In this document: in pieces, positions 41,255 to 43,356 of the stretch
How positions within the stretch are numbered: position 1 is the stretch's first letter
Layout: each line of letters starts with the position of its first letter
Source of the DNA: an uncultured Saprospiraceae bacterium
GTDB taxonomy: Bacteria > Bacteroidota > Bacteroidia > Chitinophagales > Saprospiraceae
Direction of reading: 5' to 3'
Assembly: GCA_964540155.1 (NCBI GenBank)
Contig: CAZIMH010000001.1
Span: 1 to 43,356, forward strand
DNA: 43,356 nucleotides
Program-made: the position numbers and the translations under genes
Notes under the pieces: generated by a model
The model's database searches: none
What the model was told of the DNA's origin: nothing
Seen by the model: only the letters and a program-made list of their open reading frames with translations

Positions 41255-43356
41255 TTATCGACTGCCATCCCATGGAAATGTGCCACAATTAGGGCATTCG
41301 ATAGTAATTGTAAATGGTACTCTTGTTATACAAGTCCCTGCTCCTATAAGTGCGATTTCGCCGCTGAAAACCCCATCGCTAATACCAGGTGGAATTACAT
41401 ATTCTGTTGGTGTAGGTTGACTTAAATCGATAAGATCTGTAAATCCAGCAGCTTTAGCCTCATCACTATAGATGACCTGGACATGTTCTAAAGTACCTAG
41501 AGTTATTTCTACATTGATTGGGACAGACTCAGTGCCTTTACAAACCCAAGGGCTATCAACAGAACCAGCTAATAACGGACAGACTTGCAATAAAGCCATA
41601 TCAAAATCATCTTGATCTGTCTGAGCATCCACTCCTCCAGTTGAGCCATCATCTATACTATTGTCTATTTCACCAGATCCTCCACCAATTGTTGACAAAG
41701 GATCATCCTCATCTACAATTGGCATCAAGCCTGCTTGATCTCTAGTTGCTCCTGTAATCTCAGCAGTATTGAGCAGACTCATTCCTGCCGCTGTTGCATT
41801 GACTGTTAGCGTTATATTTAGTGACAATGTTGCTCCTGGATTCAAAGGCGTATTAATAGCCACAGTATCAGTGATCGTGTTTCCACCAGTTGTATTTGGA
41901 TTAAGCGAAAATGCATTAAGTGCATTATCAGCTGCCACAAAATCAAGACCCAAGGGTAAATAATCTTGAATGACAATATTGTAAATTGGGTCCGTTCCTT
42001 GATTGATTACACTAATGGTGAAATCCACTTTGTCACCAATATTTACAAAACCACCCACATTAACTACTTTCTGTATCGCTACATCATCTATTCTACACAT
42101 ACAATTGACTGTATAATCTGCCACGCCGCATCCGACAGCACATACATCTGTAGGTATTTCAAACATACTACCTACATCAGGCAATGAAACTAAGAAAGAA
42201 GTCTGGTCATCTAGACCTACATTAATAGGATAGACTTCATAGTCATCATTTGTAAGATTCGTAAAGAGTCCCGTATTATTAACTGCACTTACCTCGCCAT
42301 CTGAATCGACTAGAACATATACCATAACGGATGTATCCGCTCCAAAACTTCCAGGGGCAACTTGTGCTAAGATACTTCCTGGAATATCTTCATCACAAGC
42401 GCAAGCAGGACCTGAAGCGTGTAAGCCATTGTCTGTTGTATATCCGCATAATACTTCTGAGACAGTCAGTGTGCCTTCACAATCACCGCCTTCGTTAAAG
42501 TAGGTTAAATCAATAGTCTCTGTACCAAGCCCAGAATGTGAAAATGGACCCAAATAAAATGTACCAACAGTATCAAAAAGATACTCACGTGTATCAGTAC
42601 TTACATTAACCCCATTAGAGATATTACTACTTGTCCCCAAATCGGACAATTCTACTCTAATAAAGTACTCATCTTGACCAGCTTCATTACCTTCACCATC
42701 TGTACAGGTAGCAACAGCAGTCAAATCAGGCAGCTCGCATATCGGCTCAGAGCAACTACCTGGAGCGACACCTATATTACCACTAAATTCACAACTCCAG
42801 AATCCGCTAATCTCAATAAAAACATTAATTGATTGTCCATTTGCTGGAAATGTCAAATCGGTTATCGTATGCGAACCAGGATCTAAGCTGTCTATGCTAA
42901 TAGATATGAAGTCATTTATTGTGCTTATAAATAGATTACCAGAAGGCGGCAAATCGATATAACTTATTTCTACATCTACGGTAAAGTAATCATTGAAAGG
43001 ATCTAAGTCATCACTACCATTGACACAAGGAGACATATCAAGAATAGATACATCCGTAATAATACAAGTAGGACATTCTCCTGGCGTTGTCACCATCATC
43101 CCAAGAGGTCCAATAACTGAAGCATCCTCATCACACTGACAACGGGTCAAGATAGTACGAGATTCGTCCTGCACGTATGTCGGCACTTCTGTTGTAAATG
43201 CCTCAAAATTATCTGAGTAAAACAAAGTCGACCCAGCTGGGCAAGGACTTGGAGAAAGTGGAAATACTTCACCGCCTGAAGGTGTGCCACCCGGAGTATC
43301 ACAGCTACTATCCATTAAGTTGACTTCCATATCCGATACAGTCAGCATACTCAAGT
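41255..43356 (-). CDS. Large secreted/surface protein C (partial; 5' end outside the window): Cys-framed modules plus a DUF11-like domain, with no T9SS CTD
   Basis: The frame is open to the window edge, so the TTG at 43354 in the track is probably not the real start. The DUF11-like segment is DVAIQKVVNVGGFVNIGDKVDFTISVINQGTDPIYNIVIQDYLPLGLDFV...NTAEITGATRDQAGLMPIVDEDDP (about 41699-42088). The protein ends ...ITIECPNCGTFPWDGSR. Confidence 0.8.
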   Translation of the reverse strand, partial: LSMLTVSDMEVNLMDSSCDTPGGTPSGGEVFPLSPSPCPAGSTLFYSDNFEAFTTEVPTYVQDESRTILTRCQCDEDASVIGPLGMMVTTPGECPTCIITDVSILDMSPCVNGSDDLDPFNDYFTVDVEISYIDLPPSGNLFISTINDFISISIDSLDPGSHTITDLTFPANGQSINVFIEISGFWSCEFSGNIGVAPGSCSEPICELPDLTAVATCTDGEGNEAGQDEYFIRVELSDLGTSSNISNGVNVSTDTREYLFDTVGTFYLGPFSHSGLGTETIDLTYFNEGGDCEGTLTVSEVLCGYTTDNGLHASGPACACDEDIPGSILAQVAPGSFGADTSVMVYVLVDSDGEVSAVNNTGLFTNLTNDDYEVYPINVGLDDQTSFLVSLPDVGSMFEIPTDVCAVGCGVADYTVNCMCRIDDVAIQKVVNVGGFVNIGDKVDFTISVINQGTDPIYNIVIQDYLPLGLDFVAADNALNAFSLNPNTTGGNTITDTVAINTPLNPGATLSLNITLTVNATAAGMSLLNTAEITGATRDQAGLMPIVDEDDPLSTIGGGSGEIDNSIDDGSTGGVDAQTDQDDFDMALLQVCPLLAGSVDSPWVCKGTESVPINVEITLGTLEHVQVIYSDEAKAAGFTDLIDLSQPTPTEYVIPPGISDGVFSGEIALIGAGTCITRVPFTITIECPNCGTFPWDGSR

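Noticed and set aside
41184-41288. N-terminal extension of protein B in the ORF track (MWHISMGWQSIIIYNQNRIIMTVLNIFSFISETNT).
   Set aside because: It overlaps the end of gene C and would bury the signal peptide. ATG at 41183 yields a canonical signal peptide (MTKIQGILKTMFFLSLLVLHNNITAQ).
1-43356. Scan for mobile elements, tRNA/rRNA genes, CRISPR arrays, toxin-antitoxin pairs and known defence genes.
   Set aside because: No transposase, integrase or recombinase-like ORF was found. The intergenic gaps contain no tRNA-like T-arm (GGTTCGAAT-type) sequence. There are no terminal inverted repeats or short identical direct repeats, and no small paired ORFs. The accessory character of 29.3-43.4 kb rests only on the giant surface-protein genes.

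Overview
This looks like a chromosomal window from a moderately AT-rich member of the Bacteroidota. I infer the phylum from two T9SS-type C-terminal sorting domains, TAnnTTTG-like -7 boxes and gene content; no taxonomic marker gene is present. Positions 1-29.3 kb are ordinary core genes. They comprise a partial HscB-like J-domain co-chaperone and RseP, then a propionyl-CoA to succinyl-CoA block. On the + strand that block has an ECH1-like crotonase and a single-chain MutA/MutB-type B12 methylmalonyl-CoA mutase. On the - strand it has BCCP, biotin carboxylase, etfB, etfA, carboxyltransferase, a membrane-anchored MBL hydrolase, a DinB-like protein and a TetR regulator. Next come glpD, pgi, and a galactoside operon (SSF symporter, GH42 beta-galactosidase, SSF symporter, galK). 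After those are an SDR, a small OM beta-barrel, a heavily frameshifted OM beta-barrel pseudogene, a small membrane protein, rsmE and a DEAD-box helicase with a TTG start. Positions 29.3-43.4 kb are the accessory part and the most interesting. A 634-nt ORF-free leader precedes three giant Cys/Asp-rich secreted proteins with no intact catalytic motif. Protein A (1917 aa) has a reprolysin-like head whose zinc site reads HNLGHQFGADN instead of HExxHxxGxxH, followed by 17 tandem 71-aa MopE-like/DxDxDG repeats with a near-exact 213-nt period and a T9SS CTD. Protein B (about 1792 aa) is LTD-like, then an unassigned Cys-framed module, HYR-like repeats, a dockerin-like loop, a cohesin-like module and a T9SS CTD. 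Protein C (>699 aa, truncated by the window edge) shares the unassigned module with B, has a DUF11-like domain and has no CTD. I saw no tRNA, rRNA, CRISPR, transposase, integrase or recognisable defence genes. All family assignments come from reading motifs in the translations; no database search was run.
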